Under the pieces are notes generated by a model. It was not told the origin of the DNA. It worked only from the letters and a program-made list of their open reading frames with translations, and did no database searches. A stretch of DNA of 63,078 nucleotides, filler included. It is 8 parts of 8 records of this genome, joined end to end, with 100 filler letters (N's around TTAATTAATTAA, not from the genome) between each part and the next. Parts side by side here need not be neighbours in the genome. Positions count along the whole stretch, not along the records: positions 18,136 to 26,074 come from SRR31156797_28529; positions 26,175 to 31,727 come from SRR31156797_28544; 6 more parts are not named here. One strand, given 5' to 3'. The translations under genes and the position numbers were made by a program. Positions 20,116-30,000 of the stretch are shown here, piece after piece. The first letter of the stretch is position 1, and each line of letters starts with the position of its first letter.

Positions 20116-20982
20116 ATGGCCATCGGAAACCGCGCCTTCGGCCGCACCGGACATATGAGCTCGGAGGTCATTTTCGGCAGCGCCGCCTTGTGGTCGGCGA
20201 GCCAGTCGGAAGCCGATCGGGCGCTCGATCTGTTGATGGAATACGGTATCAATCACATCGACACGGCTGCCCAGTATGGCGATGCCGAGCTACGCATCGG
20301 CCCGTGGATGGCCAGGCACCGCAAGGACTTTTTCCTGGCCACCAAGACCATGGAGCGCGGATATGCCGAGGCCAAGGAGAGCCTGCATCGGTCGTTGGAC
20401 CGGCTGCAAACCGACCATGTCGATCTGTTCCAGATCCATGCCTTGATTCACCCCGACCAATGGGACCGGGCATTTGCGCCCGGCGGCGTTTTGGAAGCCA
20501 TGATCGAGGCCCGCGAAGAAGGGCTGGTCAAATATATCGGCGTCACCGGCCACAACTGGCAGGTCGCGGCCATGCACAAGCGCAGCCTGGAGAAATTCGA
20601 TTTCGATAGCGTGCTGATGCCGTGGAACTGGTACTGCGCCCAGCACATTACCTTTGCCGACGACTTCAAAGAAACGGCCGCCATCTGCAAGGAGCGTAAT
20701 GTTGCGGTTCAGACCATCAAGTCGCTGGCCCGCGGGCCGTGGCCGTCGAAAATGGCGCGCCGCCGCATCACCTGGTACGAGCCGCTGGAAGGCGAGGACG
20801 ACATTCGCACGGCGGTCGACTGGGTGCTCGGTCATCCGGATATCTTCCTGATCACCACCGGCGACCTCGGTTTGCTGCAAACCATCCTGCGCGCTGCGGC
20901 CGAGCGCGGCGAGCAACCCGACGACGCGGCCATGAAGGCGTTCGAGGAAAAGACCGGCCTAGCAACCATCTTCGGGCTTTAA
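20116..20982 (+). CDS. Aldo/keto reductase
   Basis: [54 protein letters not shown] before ATG 20116. Confidence 0.92.
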   Translation: MAIGNRAFGRTGHMSSEVIFGSAALWSASQSEADRALDLLMEYGINHIDTAAQYGDAELRIGPWMARHRKDFFLATKTMERGYAEAKESLHRSLDRLQTDHVDLFQIHALIHPDQWDRAFAPGGVLEAMIEAREEGLVKYIGVTGHNWQVAAMHKRSLEKFDFDSVLMPWNWYCAQHITFADDFKETAAICKERNVAVQTIKSLARGPWPSKMARRRITWYEPLEGEDDIRTAVDWVLGHPDIFLITTGDLGLLQTILRAAAERGEQPDDAAMKAFEEKTGLATIFGL

Positions 20983-21148
20983 AACTGGCCCCTTCGCCCG
21001 TTTTCTGGATTGCCCGGGCTGAACACGCTAGCCCGGGGCATCCAGTCTTCCACGGGATTATGCAATTACGGACAAGAGATTACGGCGTGCATTGTCTCCA
21101 TAATCAGGAAACCAAATAATAAGTTGCTAGAGTTTGGAGGAATTTGAA

Positions 21149-21502
21149 ATGAAAGATTTTCCTTCTTTCATGAAAAACCCTGTCAATATGGTTGATCCGA
21201 GCACACAGTTCACTCCTGGGATCGAAGGTTATGTATTCGATGGCCTTGATGGAAGCCAGATGGCATTCTGGACTTATGGAGAAACCGCCCTATCCGAAGA
21301 ACATGATCACGAATACGAAGAATATATCGTTGTCGTTCAAGGGAAGTACAATTTGACCATCAACGGCGAAGTCATATCGTTGAAAGCCGGCGATGAATAT
21401 GTAATTCCCAAAGGAACCATACATAGCGGCGAAGCTTTTGAAGGGACACGGGCCATCTATGCCTTCGGCGGCAACAGGGCGAAACGCGTCGGAAATCCCT
21501 GA
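21149..21502 (+). CDS. Cupin domain protein
   Basis: HDHEYEEYIVVVQG and GDEYVIPKGTIHSG cupin motifs; GGAGG RBS. Confidence 0.85.
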   Translation: MKDFPSFMKNPVNMVDPSTQFTPGIEGYVFDGLDGSQMAFWTYGETALSEEHDHEYEEYIVVVQGKYNLTINGEVISLKAGDEYVIPKGTIHSGEAFEGTRAIYAFGGNRAKRVGNP

Positions 21503-21684
21503 CATCGAAATCGTCGTACCCTTGCCGCCAATCGCCGGAATCGGATATACGAATTGGGTTCGGGGCGGACGCGCGTGGGGCCGTGCGGTCAACGTTCCGA
21601 AAAAACAAGGGAATAGTGGACACGGCATTCGGTTATCGATCCGAATGCGTTCCTGTCCGCATCTTGAAAAAGGGGAGAACCGGG

Positions 21685-22638
21685 ATGTTGTTTAAACGGA
21701 TTTCGATTGCCGCCGCCTGCGTTGCGTTGGCCAGCACCGCGGCGTATGCCGAAACGCGCGTCACCTATAAATCGGCCAAGACCTCGTCGTCCTATTATCA
21801 GATGGCGGTGCAGATCGCCGAGGCCATGAAGGCCGGATCGAAGGGCGGCATTATCGTCACCGTCGAGGAAAGCCAGGGTTCGGTGCAGAACGTCATGGAA
21901 GCGGCCGTGCGGCCCGGCAATTACGTATTCACGACGCCGCCGGCGCTGATCAACCTGGCCCAGGGCGGCAAGGCCATGTTCAAGGACAAAGCTAATCCGA
22001 AGTTTGCCGACATCCGGGCGCTGTTTCCGATTCCATCCCTGACCATGCATTTCGTGGTGCGGGCCGACGCGGGCGTTAAAAGCTTCGCCGACCTCGCCGG
22101 CAAAACCGTGCTGATCGGCAAGGGTTCCTTCGGCGCCCGCGAAGGGGCCAAGTACCTGAAACTGTTCGGGCTCGAGGGCAAGGTAACCCTGGCCGACGTC
22201 GAACTGAATAACGCCGTTCCGGCGCTCAAGAACCGGCAGATCGACGGCTTCGTGACGGCCGGCTCGTATCCGGCGCCCAACGTCATCGAGGCCGCCGCCA
22301 GCACCGGCGTCAAGGTTCTGTCGCTGTCCGACGAGCAGATCGCCAAGACCAAGCGCACCCGCCTGGTCATTCCCGGCGGCACCTATGCCGGCGTTGACGG
22401 CGACATCGTCACCACATCGTTGCCCGTCGTCGCCTATACGACGACGGCGATGGATGACGATACGGCCTACCAACTGACCAAGACCTATTGGCAGGGCAAG
22501 GACACCATGGGCAAGAACGCGCCCTGGTGGAACGGCGTATCGGGCGACATGCTGGCCAACATCACCAGCAAGGTGCATCCGGGAGCCTTGAAGTACTACG
22601 CCGAGGCCGGCATCGCCGTTCCCGACGCCATCAAGTGA
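21685..22638 (+). CDS. TAXI-family TRAP transporter solute-binding subunit
   Basis: Signal peptide; SSYYQ, ESQGSVQNV, C-terminal VHPGALKYY. Confidence 0.92.
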   Translation: MLFKRISIAAACVALASTAAYAETRVTYKSAKTSSSYYQMAVQIAEAMKAGSKGGIIVTVEESQGSVQNVMEAAVRPGNYVFTTPPALINLAQGGKAMFKDKANPKFADIRALFPIPSLTMHFVVRADAGVKSFADLAGKTVLIGKGSFGAREGAKYLKLFGLEGKVTLADVELNNAVPALKNRQIDGFVTAGSYPAPNVIEAAASTGVKVLSLSDEQIAKTKRTRLVIPGGTYAGVDGDIVTTSLPVVAYTTTAMDDDTAYQLTKTYWQGKDTMGKNAPWWNGVSGDMLANITSKVHPGALKYYAEAGIAVPDAIK

Positions 22639-22660
22639 TCGGCACGCGGAACGCAAGACC

Positions 22661-24433
22661 ATGACGGCGCCGGGAAAGATTGTCTGGAGCCTTCTCGGCG
22701 CCGTTTCCATGGCCTTCCATCTGGGCCTGATTTTCAGCGGCCTGGTGCCCAACCTGCTGAGCAGACCGGCCCATATGGCGCTGGCCGCGCCGTGGGCGCT
22801 GATCCTGATCGCGCGCAGCCGGGCCGAACGGATCAGCGGATATATCCTTGCCACCGCCGCCATCCTGATGTGCGGCTATATCATCTGGTGGCGCGATCCG
22901 CTGGGCGATCAGTACGGCTATCTGGCCAACGATTTCCAACTGGCCATCGCCATCGGGCTGATCATCGTGGTGCTGGAAATGGCCCGGCGCTGCATCAGTT
23001 GGCCGCTGCCGCTGGTCGCCGTCATCGCGCTCGGCTACGGCCTGCTGGGACAGCACCTGCCGGGCGAATTCGGCCACCCCGGCATGCCGGTCTACAGCTT
23101 CATGGGTGCGCTCTCGATCACCGAGGCCGGTCTGTGGGGCAAGCTGACCAGCATCTCGGTCAACGTCGTGGCCATCTTCGTCATCTTCGGCGCGGTGCTG
23201 AACGCCGGCGAGGCCGGCCAGGGTTTCATGAACCTGGCGATGGCCGCCGCCGGCCGGCTGAAAGGCGGCGCCGCCAAAGTATCCGTCCTGTCGTCCGCCC
23301 TGTTCGGATCGATCTCCGGTTCGGCCTCGGCAAACGTCGCGTCGACCGGCGCCGTGACGCTGCCGGCCATGCGCAAGCTTGGCTATCCAAAAGCGCTGGC
23401 CGGTGCGGTCGAAGCGGTGGCTTCGTCCGGCGGGCAGATCATGCCGCCGTTGATGGGGGCCGGCGCGTTCGTGATGGTGGAACTGACCGGCGTTCCCTAT
23501 TCCGGCATCATTGCCGCCGCCATCCTGCCGGCGGTTCTTTATTTTCTGACCGTCTGGGTCGGCATCAACGCGTTTGCCCGCCGCTACGCGCTGCGCGCCA
23601 TCGATCGGGGCGACCTGCCACCGACCAGGACGGTGGTCATCACCACGATGTTTTTCGCGGTGCCGTTCGCGGTGTTGCTGGAACGCATGTTCAACGGCGG
23701 CTTCACGCCGCAATACGCCGCCTGTGTGGCGACGCTGGCGGCCGGCCTGCTGCTGTTTTTCGATGCCGGCATGAAACCGTCCCTGGCGCGGTTCCTGACC
23801 CGCGTGCCCGACGCCTGCATGACGGCAGGCCGGCAAATCGCGGTCATCGCCTCGATCATTCTGTGCGCGTCCCTGATCATCGGCGTGCTCGGCCTGACCG
23901 GGCTCGGCGTCAAGATCACGTCGCTCATTCTATCCGGTTCCGGCGGTAGCCTGTGGCCGGCGCTGATCCTGACGGCGCTGGCCTGTCTGGTGCTGGGCAT
24001 GGAGGTGCCGACGACGGCGGCCTATGTGATCTGCGTGTCGGTCGCCGGTCCGGCGTTGCAGCAGTTGGGCCTGCCGCTGTTGACGGCGCATTTGTTCGTT
24101 TTCTGGTTCGCGCTGTTATCGACCATTACGCCGCCGGTCTGCGGCGCCGTTTTCATCGCCGCCGGCATGATCGGTGAAAATTGGTTGAAAGTGGCGATGA
24201 CGGCGATGGCCTTGGGTGTCGGCCTTTATCTGGTACCGTTGGGCATGGTCGCCAACCCGGCCCTGATCGCGCTGGAAACCGACGTGCCCGGAGCGTTGGG
24301 CGCCTTTGCGATAACGGCCGCCGGTCTGGGTGCGATTTCATTCGGCATCATCGCACCGGTGGCATCGGTATTGCGCGCCGCCCTGATCGCCGCCGGCTTT
24401 GCGGTGATATTCGGGCTGCCGGGTTTGTATTAG
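22661..24433 (+). CDS. TRAP transporter fused permease (4TM/12TM)
   Basis: GGAAKVSVLSSALFGSISGSASANV, EAVASSGGQIMPPLMGAGAF, LGMEVPTTAAY, ITPPV. Confidence 0.93.
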   Translation: MTAPGKIVWSLLGAVSMAFHLGLIFSGLVPNLLSRPAHMALAAPWALILIARSRAERISGYILATAAILMCGYIIWWRDPLGDQYGYLANDFQLAIAIGLIIVVLEMARRCISWPLPLVAVIALGYGLLGQHLPGEFGHPGMPVYSFMGALSITEAGLWGKLTSISVNVVAIFVIFGAVLNAGEAGQGFMNLAMAAAGRLKGGAAKVSVLSSALFGSISGSASANVASTGAVTLPAMRKLGYPKALAGAVEAVASSGGQIMPPLMGAGAFVMVELTGVPYSGIIAAAILPAVLYFLTVWVGINAFARRYALRAIDRGDLPPTRTVVITTMFFAVPFAVLLERMFNGGFTPQYAACVATLAAGLLLFFDAGMKPSLARFLTRVPDACMTAGRQIAVIASIILCASLIIGVLGLTGLGVKITSLILSGSGGSLWPALILTALACLVLGMEVPTTAAYVICVSVAGPALQQLGLPLLTAHLFVFWFALLSTITPPVCGAVFIAAGMIGENWLKVAMTAMALGVGLYLVPLGMVANPALIALETDVPGALGAFAITAAGLGAISFGIIAPVASVLRAALIAAGFAVIFGLPGLY

Positions 24434-24434
24434 A

Positions 24435-25253
24435 TCAAACCGGTTTCACCGCCGTGATATCGGCGGAAACGACGTAGTTCTCGGCCCCCTGCCCCGGCGC
24501 CCAGCCGGCAACGACGTCGCGGCTGCCCGGTTTCGGTTCGATGGAAATATCGGTGAAGCCGGCGTCCTTCAGCCAGGTCTTGATCTGATCGACCTGCGCC
24601 GCGCCGCCGATGCAGCCCGAGACCATGTCCAAGGCGTTTTGCATGGAATCGGGCACGGGTTTGAGCGCGACGACGTCGGAAACCCGCAACCGCCCACCCG
24701 GTTTCAAGGCGCGGAAGGCATCGGCGAAAACCTGGGCCTTTTCCGGCGACAGGTTGATGACGCAGTTCGAAAGGATGACGTCGACGGTGCCATCGGCTAC
24801 CGGCAGATGCTCGATCTCGCCCAAGCGGAATTCGACATTGCCATAACCGTTTTCCGCGGCGTTCTTGCGGGCCAACGCGATCATGTCGGGCGTCATATCG
24901 ACGCCGATGACGGCGCCATCCGCCCCGACCTGCCGGGCCGCGATGAAACAGTCGAAACCGCCGCCGCTGCCGAGATCGAGCACGGTTTCGCCGGCCTTCA
25001 GTTCGGCAATGGCGGTCGGGTTGCCGCAACCCAGACCCATGTTGCTGTCATCGGGAACGGCATCAAGGTCGTTTTCATCGTATCCGAGTTTTGCGGATTG
25101 GGCGCGGGCGCTGGAAGTGGGCGGAGCACAACAGGCCGCCTTGCTTTCGCTGGGCCCCGGCACACAACAGCCGCCTCCCGTCTGGCCGCGGGCGACGGCG
25201 GCGTAGCTTTCGCGCACCCCGGCGCGGACCTGTTCCTTGGTGAGATCGCTCAT
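24435..25253 (-). CDS. arsM: Arsenite S-adenosylmethionine methyltransferase
   Basis: MGLGCGNP, VLDLGSGGGFD, GVDMTPDM, SNCVINLSP, GCIGGA; N-terminal CC pairs. Confidence 0.92.
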   Translation of the reverse strand: MSDLTKEQVRAGVRESYAAVARGQTGGGCCVPGPSESKAACCAPPTSSARAQSAKLGYDENDLDAVPDDSNMGLGCGNPTAIAELKAGETVLDLGSGGGFDCFIAARQVGADGAVIGVDMTPDMIALARKNAAENGYGNVEFRLGEIEHLPVADGTVDVILSNCVINLSPEKAQVFADAFRALKPGGRLRVSDVVALKPVPDSMQNALDMVSGCIGGAAQVDQIKTWLKDAGFTDISIEPKPGSRDVVAGWAPGQGAENYVVSADITAVKPV

Positions 25254-25296
25254 GCTCTTGCTCCTGATGGTGCCGGGACATTCGTCCGGCGACGTT

Positions 25297-25656
25297 TCAG
25301 TCGGTGACCAGACCGGGTGCGACGTCGCTAAAAAAGCCGGACAGGCGTTTCAGGACCTCCGGCTCGGCCCAGCATTTGACCTGCTGGCCGGTGCGGGTCA
25401 TGTGGATCAGGCCGGCGTTGCGCAGTTCCTTCAGGTGATGCGACACGGTCGACGGCGCAATGCCGAGCTCCTCGACGATCTCGCCGACGCAGACGGAGGT
25501 GCCGTCGAAGTTGCAGGTATCCGAGCCGCAGCAGCGGGCCAAGCGCAGGAAAATGCTGAGGCGATGTGGATTGCCGAGGGCCTGGAAGGCGGCGCAGCAA
25601 TCGAAGCCGGGAACGGTCTCAGGATCGGTTTTGGTATCGGTTTCAATATTCGACAT
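25297..25656 (-). CDS. arsR: ArsR/SmtB-family repressor, Cys-rich
   Basis: FQALGNPHRLSI, VCVGEI, STVSHHLKELRNAGLI; directly upstream of arsM. Confidence 0.9.
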   Translation of the reverse strand: MSNIETDTKTDPETVPGFDCCAAFQALGNPHRLSIFLRLARCCGSDTCNFDGTSVCVGEIVEELGIAPSTVSHHLKELRNAGLIHMTRTGQQVKCWAEPEVLKRLSGFFSDVAPGLVTD

Positions 25657-25691
25657 ATTTCGAAATATAGAAATACGGGAACGGATTTCAA
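25655..25691 (-). promoter_or_regulatory. Sigma70-type promoter and palindromic operator of arsR-arsM
   Basis: -35 TTGAAA (25691-25686), 16-nt spacer, -10 TATATT (25669-25664). Perfect palindrome ATATTTCGAAATAT at 25655-25668. Confidence 0.65.
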
Positions 25692-25765
25692 GGAGAGATT
25701 TGTGACAGATGTTTGATACCGGTGAGCAGAAACGGGGCGAGAAAATAGTGCCCCGGTTTGTCCGC

Positions 25766-26074
25766 CTACATGCACGCCCCGATCTGCCAGGGGACGAATT
25801 CGACGTCGCCGATGCCCAATACCTCGCTTTTCGACTGTTCGCCGGAAGCGACCGCCAGGATGCGCTCGAAGATACGCTGGCCCATTTCCGCGACGCTTGC
25901 CTCGCCTTCGGCGATCAGGCCGCAGTTGATGTCGACGTCGTCGTCCATGGTGCAGGCCATGGCGGTATTGGACGCCAGCTTGATGACCGGCGCCGGCTTG
26001 CAGCCCCATCCCGTTCCCCGCCCCGATGTGAAGCAGTTGATGGTGGCACCGCCGGCGACCAGGCCGGTGATCGA
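25766..26074 (-). CDS. UxaA/GarD-family dehydratase, C-terminal fragment
   Basis: ITGLVAGGATINCFTSGRG..GCKPAPVIKLASN...ASGEQSKSE..G..EFVPWQIG. Confidence 0.88.
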   Translation of the reverse strand, partial: SITGLVAGGATINCFTSGRGTGWGCKPAPVIKLASNTAMACTMDDDVDINCGLIAEGEASVAEMGQRIFERILAVASGEQSKSEVLGIGDVEFVPWQIGACM

Positions 26075-26174
26075 NNNNNNNNNNNNNNNNNNNNNNNNNN
26101 NNNNNNNNNNNNNNNNNNTTAATTAATTAANNNNNNNNNNNNNNNNNNNNNNNNNNNNNNNNNNNNNNNNNNNN
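26075..26174. other. Artificial contig spacer
   Basis: N44-TTAATTAATTAA-N44. Confidence 0.99.
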
Positions 26175-26942
26175 TACAGAATCCATCATTAAAAGAACAT
26201 CATGTCCTTTATCCCTAAAGAACTCTGCAATTGCCATTGCTGTAAAAGCACCATATTTACGCATTAAAGCTGACTCATCTGATGTAGCTGCAACAATAAT
26301 TGTATTTTCTAGGTTGTTATTTAAATTGTAATGAATAAACTCAGGAATCTCACGACCCCTTTCCCCAATTAATGCAACTACTTTTATTTGAGCTTCGCAA
26401 CCTTTAACAATCATTCCCATTAAAGTAGATTTACCAACACCCGAACCTGCAAAGATACCTACTTTTTGTCCTTTTCCTGCTGTCAGCATTGAGTCAATTG
26501 CTTTTACACCTGTTGAGAACCTCTCATCAATAACTCCCCTTTCAAGAGGAGACATAGAGACTTTATTAATTGCAGAACTTTCAGCTAAATCCTTGATTTT
26601 TCCTTTTTCATCAATAGGCTCACCTAAAGCATTTACAACTCTTCCTAAAAGACCATATCCTGTCTCAACAGATAATCCATCTTTTTGTAAAAATACCTTA
26701 TCATGTATTCTAAAACCATCAATAAAAGAGAAAGGAACAATTGTAAAATCACTTGACTCAATTGATGCAACCATTCCTAAAACCGTATAGATATGCTGCT
26801 GTGACTCAATTCTTACAATATCACCTACAGCAACTTCTATTCCAGAAGCTTTGATTGTAGTTGAAGAGATATGTTTAATTCTTCCAAAAGGTATAGAAAG
26901 CTCAGTTGAGTCAATACTATTTAATAACGAATCAATATCCAT
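26175..26942 (-). CDS. fliI: Flagellar export ATPase FliI, 3'-truncated
   Basis: LLGRVVNALGEPID, GIFAGSGVGKSTL, ALIGERGRE, VLLMMDSV; flagellar neighbours. Confidence 0.95.
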
Positions 26943-26944
26943 AT

Positions 26945-28939
26945 TTACATCTCATCACACATTTTCTTATATAAACTATCTGTTGTTCCTTCAATTGATT
27001 TACACTTATTGATAAATTCATCTTTTTTAATATTATTCTCAAACTCTTCATATAAAACTATTAACTCATAATAAACTTGTGCTAAATTATTTGGAGTTAT
27101 TTTTCTTGAGTAATCCAGAGCATCTAAAAGTAAATTTAAAGACTCTTCATTTTTATTGTTTGTTTGAGCTATTTTTGCTAATTCTAATTCTACAAAAGGA
27201 GAATATACATGAGCATTATTCTCTTTTTGTTTTTTATATAATTTATTTAATATAACTTCAGCTTCATCTTTAAGCTCTCGTTTCATCAAATAAAGATAGT
27301 AATAATAGTAAAAATCTATTATCATAGGATTATTACTATTTGATTCAATAAATTGTTGATTTCGATGGGCATAGTTAAAGAACTTATCCATTGATATAGA
27401 GTCTCCTACAGTATTTTTAATAAGAAATCTATATAAAAACTCTTTTTCTAAAATCTTTTTATCATCAACCATATCAATTTTTGCAGAAAAGCTTTTTGCA
27501 TCTGTAAAGTTTTGTAAAGAAAGTGCCATTCGCTCTAAATATAAATAAATAGTAGCATTTCTACTTGTACTAAATGTGTCTTTTAATAGGTTATATGCTT
27601 TTTCAGAAGGAACCTCAACTAAACATTCAAAAAACTTATCTTTTGTTGTTTTATCTTCAATTAAAGCTTGGAACGTCTCTGTTCTCGCACCATTTAAAGT
27701 CTCATTTAATAAAAAACACTTACCAGTTGCTAAATACTTTTTAATCATATCAATTGTAACTTCATCAAAGATTTCATCTACAGAGTCATAGCCAAATCTC
27801 TGTGCAATTGTGTTAGATATTTTTACATAGATTCTTTTTGATTTTAAAATTAAATCATATTTACCTTGTCTTTTATGATTAAGAAGCTCTTGTACTAAAA
27901 CCTTTTGTTGCATGGCTTCAGATTCAGGATATTTTGCAGAAACTGCTGCTGGTTCTAAAATCCCTTGTCTCATTAAAATTTCATCAATGTACATTTTTGC
28001 TTTTTCGGCATAGATTCCACCTGCAAAATCATTTAAAATATCTTTATAAAGTTCCCTTGCTTTAATTAAATACTTTTCTGTACCATCATACATTTTCATA
28101 TAAATTTCTGCTAATTTAAATTTAAAATCTTCTACAGATGCAGGTTTATCCGTTCTATTTAGTAACTCTTCTAAAATTCTAACTGCAAACTCTGGCATAT
28201 CAGCATTAAGCAGTCTATTAACCTTTTCTAATGCTAAAAATGAATCTTTAGCATAATAGTCCATATTCTTTTCTAATACTTTGGAAATAAGTTCATATGC
28301 TTCTTTCTTTTGGTCATTTAAAACATATACATCAAACAGTTCATCTGCAACCAATGTAGCAACTAATAAATCAGTAGTTTTTGTTAATACTTCATATAAA
28401 ATTTTAATTGACATATCATAATTTTTTTGGTGTTTATAAACTTTTGCTAAAAAAATCTTTCCATATGCATTTATAACTTCGTTATCAAAATTGTTTACAA
28501 TAATATTTGCAAAGTATTTGGCATCATCAGCTTTATTAAGATTTAATTTCAACTCAACTAATACCATATAAGCTCTGGCTAAATCACCCTCATGTATTTT
28601 TGAATCATTAATAGCTTTTTCAAGTTCAGCTGCTGCATCAATAATAATTCTTTTAGATTTTTTCTTTATTGCTAGTTCTGAGTATAAAATGATAATATCT
28701 GAATATAAAATCTCTACTTTATTTTGTTCTTTTAAAGCATTAATTTGAGTATATGCTTCATCAACCTTCCCTTCTTTAGAAAGCTGTCTAGCATTACTAA
28801 TAGTTGAAAATCCATCATCAATTTCTTGGATTCTTTTTTGAGAAATCTGCTCACCAGTAGAATCTATAAACCCATAATAAAAGTCTTTTTTAGCAAAAGA
28901 AAAAGTAAATATCAATATAAAAAAAATAAAAAACTTCAA
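26945..28939 (-). CDS. Exported TPR-like helical-repeat protein in flagellar operon
   Basis: Signal peptide and all-helical TPR-like pattern; tightly packed between flhB and fliI. Confidence 0.7.
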   Translation of the reverse strand: MKFFIFFILIFTFSFAKKDFYYGFIDSTGEQISQKRIQEIDDGFSTISNARQLSKEGKVDEAYTQINALKEQNKVEILYSDIIILYSELAIKKKSKRIIIDAAAELEKAINDSKIHEGDLARAYMVLVELKLNLNKADDAKYFANIIVNNFDNEVINAYGKIFLAKVYKHQKNYDMSIKILYEVLTKTTDLLVATLVADELFDVYVLNDQKKEAYELISKVLEKNMDYYAKDSFLALEKVNRLLNADMPEFAVRILEELLNRTDKPASVEDFKFKLAEIYMKMYDGTEKYLIKARELYKDILNDFAGGIYAEKAKMYIDEILMRQGILEPAAVSAKYPESEAMQQKVLVQELLNHKRQGKYDLILKSKRIYVKISNTIAQRFGYDSVDEIFDEVTIDMIKKYLATGKCFLLNETLNGARTETFQALIEDKTTKDKFFECLVEVPSEKAYNLLKDTFSTSRNATIYLYLERMALSLQNFTDAKSFSAKIDMVDDKKILEKEFLYRFLIKNTVGDSISMDKFFNYAHRNQQFIESNSNNPMIIDFYYYYYLYLMKRELKDEAEVILNKLYKKQKENNAHVYSPFVELELAKIAQTNNKNEESLNLLLDALDYSRKITPNNLAQVYYELIVLYEEFENNIKKDEFINKCKSIEGTTDSLYKKMCDEM

Positions 28940-28942
28940 AAT

Positions 28943-29995
28943 CTACCTTTTTTTCTTTTTCAATTCAAATACATAAGAGAAAATCTCAGCTAATGCCTTA
29001 TAAAACTCACCAGGTATCTCTTGATCAACTTCAATTTGTGAGTGTAAAGACCTTGCAAGTGCTGGGTTTTCAATAATAGGGATATCATTTTCCCTTGCAA
29101 TATCTTTTATTTTTAAAGCAATAAAATCAATACCCTTTGCAACTACTTTTGGTGCATTATCTTTTGTATTATCATATCTTAATGCTACAGCATAATGACT
29201 TGGATTTGTAATTACAACATCTGCATCAGGAACATCATTCATCATTCTTTTTTGATGCATTTGCATTTGTATCTTACGAATTCTTCCTTTTACTTGAGGA
29301 TCCCCCTCCATATTTTTAAACTCATCTTTAATTTCTTGTTTACTCATTTTTAAAGATTTAAAATAATAATGTCTTGTAAAAAAGAAGTCTATTATAGCAA
29401 AAAGTATTATAATTAGAAGAATTGCTGCTAAAAAATATATAATCAACTCTATAATAGTATTAAATGTAGCATAAAACTCCTTATCCATCATAGCTAAGAA
29501 TGCTTTATGAGTTAATGCTAAAACTATAAACATAACAACTATAATTATTAGTAATTTTAGTGTTAATTTTAGAGCCTCTAAAGCCTTCTTAAATGCAAAT
29601 ACATTTTTCATCCCTTTAATTGGATCCAATTTTTGCAAATCAATTTTTAATGGAGTTATCAAAAAACCAAACTGGCTCCAATTTGTTATTAAAGCTAATA
29701 AAATCACCAATGCAAAAATGGGTAAAAGTGCTTTTACAGCCGTCATAACAAAAGTATAAGCTATTGAATAAAAGACTGTTTCATTCATCTCTTGTCCCAT
29801 AAAACCATATGAAAAAAGCATTAGTTTTTTTATTGATTCAAAAGTAAAACCAGAAAAAAATAGTAAATAGATTGACCCAAACAATAAAACTGCTGCCCCT
29901 GTAACTTCCATTGATTTAGGGACATTACCTTTTTCCTTAGCATCATCTATCTTCTTCTGGGTGGGTTCTTCGGTTTTTTCTTCTTCGTCTGCCAT
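28943..29995 (-). CDS. flhB: Flagellar biosynthesis protein FlhB
   Basis: EKTEEPT, LKMSKQEIKDEFKNMEGDPQVKGRIR, VVITNPSHYAVAL, APKVVAKG. Confidence 0.97.
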   Translation of the reverse strand: MADEEEKTEEPTQKKIDDAKEKGNVPKSMEVTGAAVLLFGSIYLLFFSGFTFESIKKLMLFSYGFMGQEMNETVFYSIAYTFVMTAVKALLPIFALVILLALITNWSQFGFLITPLKIDLQKLDPIKGMKNVFAFKKALEALKLTLKLLIIIVVMFIVLALTHKAFLAMMDKEFYATFNTIIELIIYFLAAILLIIILFAIIDFFFTRHYYFKSLKMSKQEIKDEFKNMEGDPQVKGRIRKIQMQMHQKRMMNDVPDADVVITNPSHYAVALRYDNTKDNAPKVVAKGIDFIALKIKDIARENDIPIIENPALARSLHSQIEVDQEIPGEFYKALAEIFSYVFELKKKKR

Positions 29996-30000
29996 ATTAC

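Noticed and set aside
21589-23949. Long alternative ORFs (424, 401 and 385 aa) over the TRAP genes
   Set aside because: They fully overlap well-supported genes and have Arg/Gly-rich shadow composition typical of high-GC codon bias.
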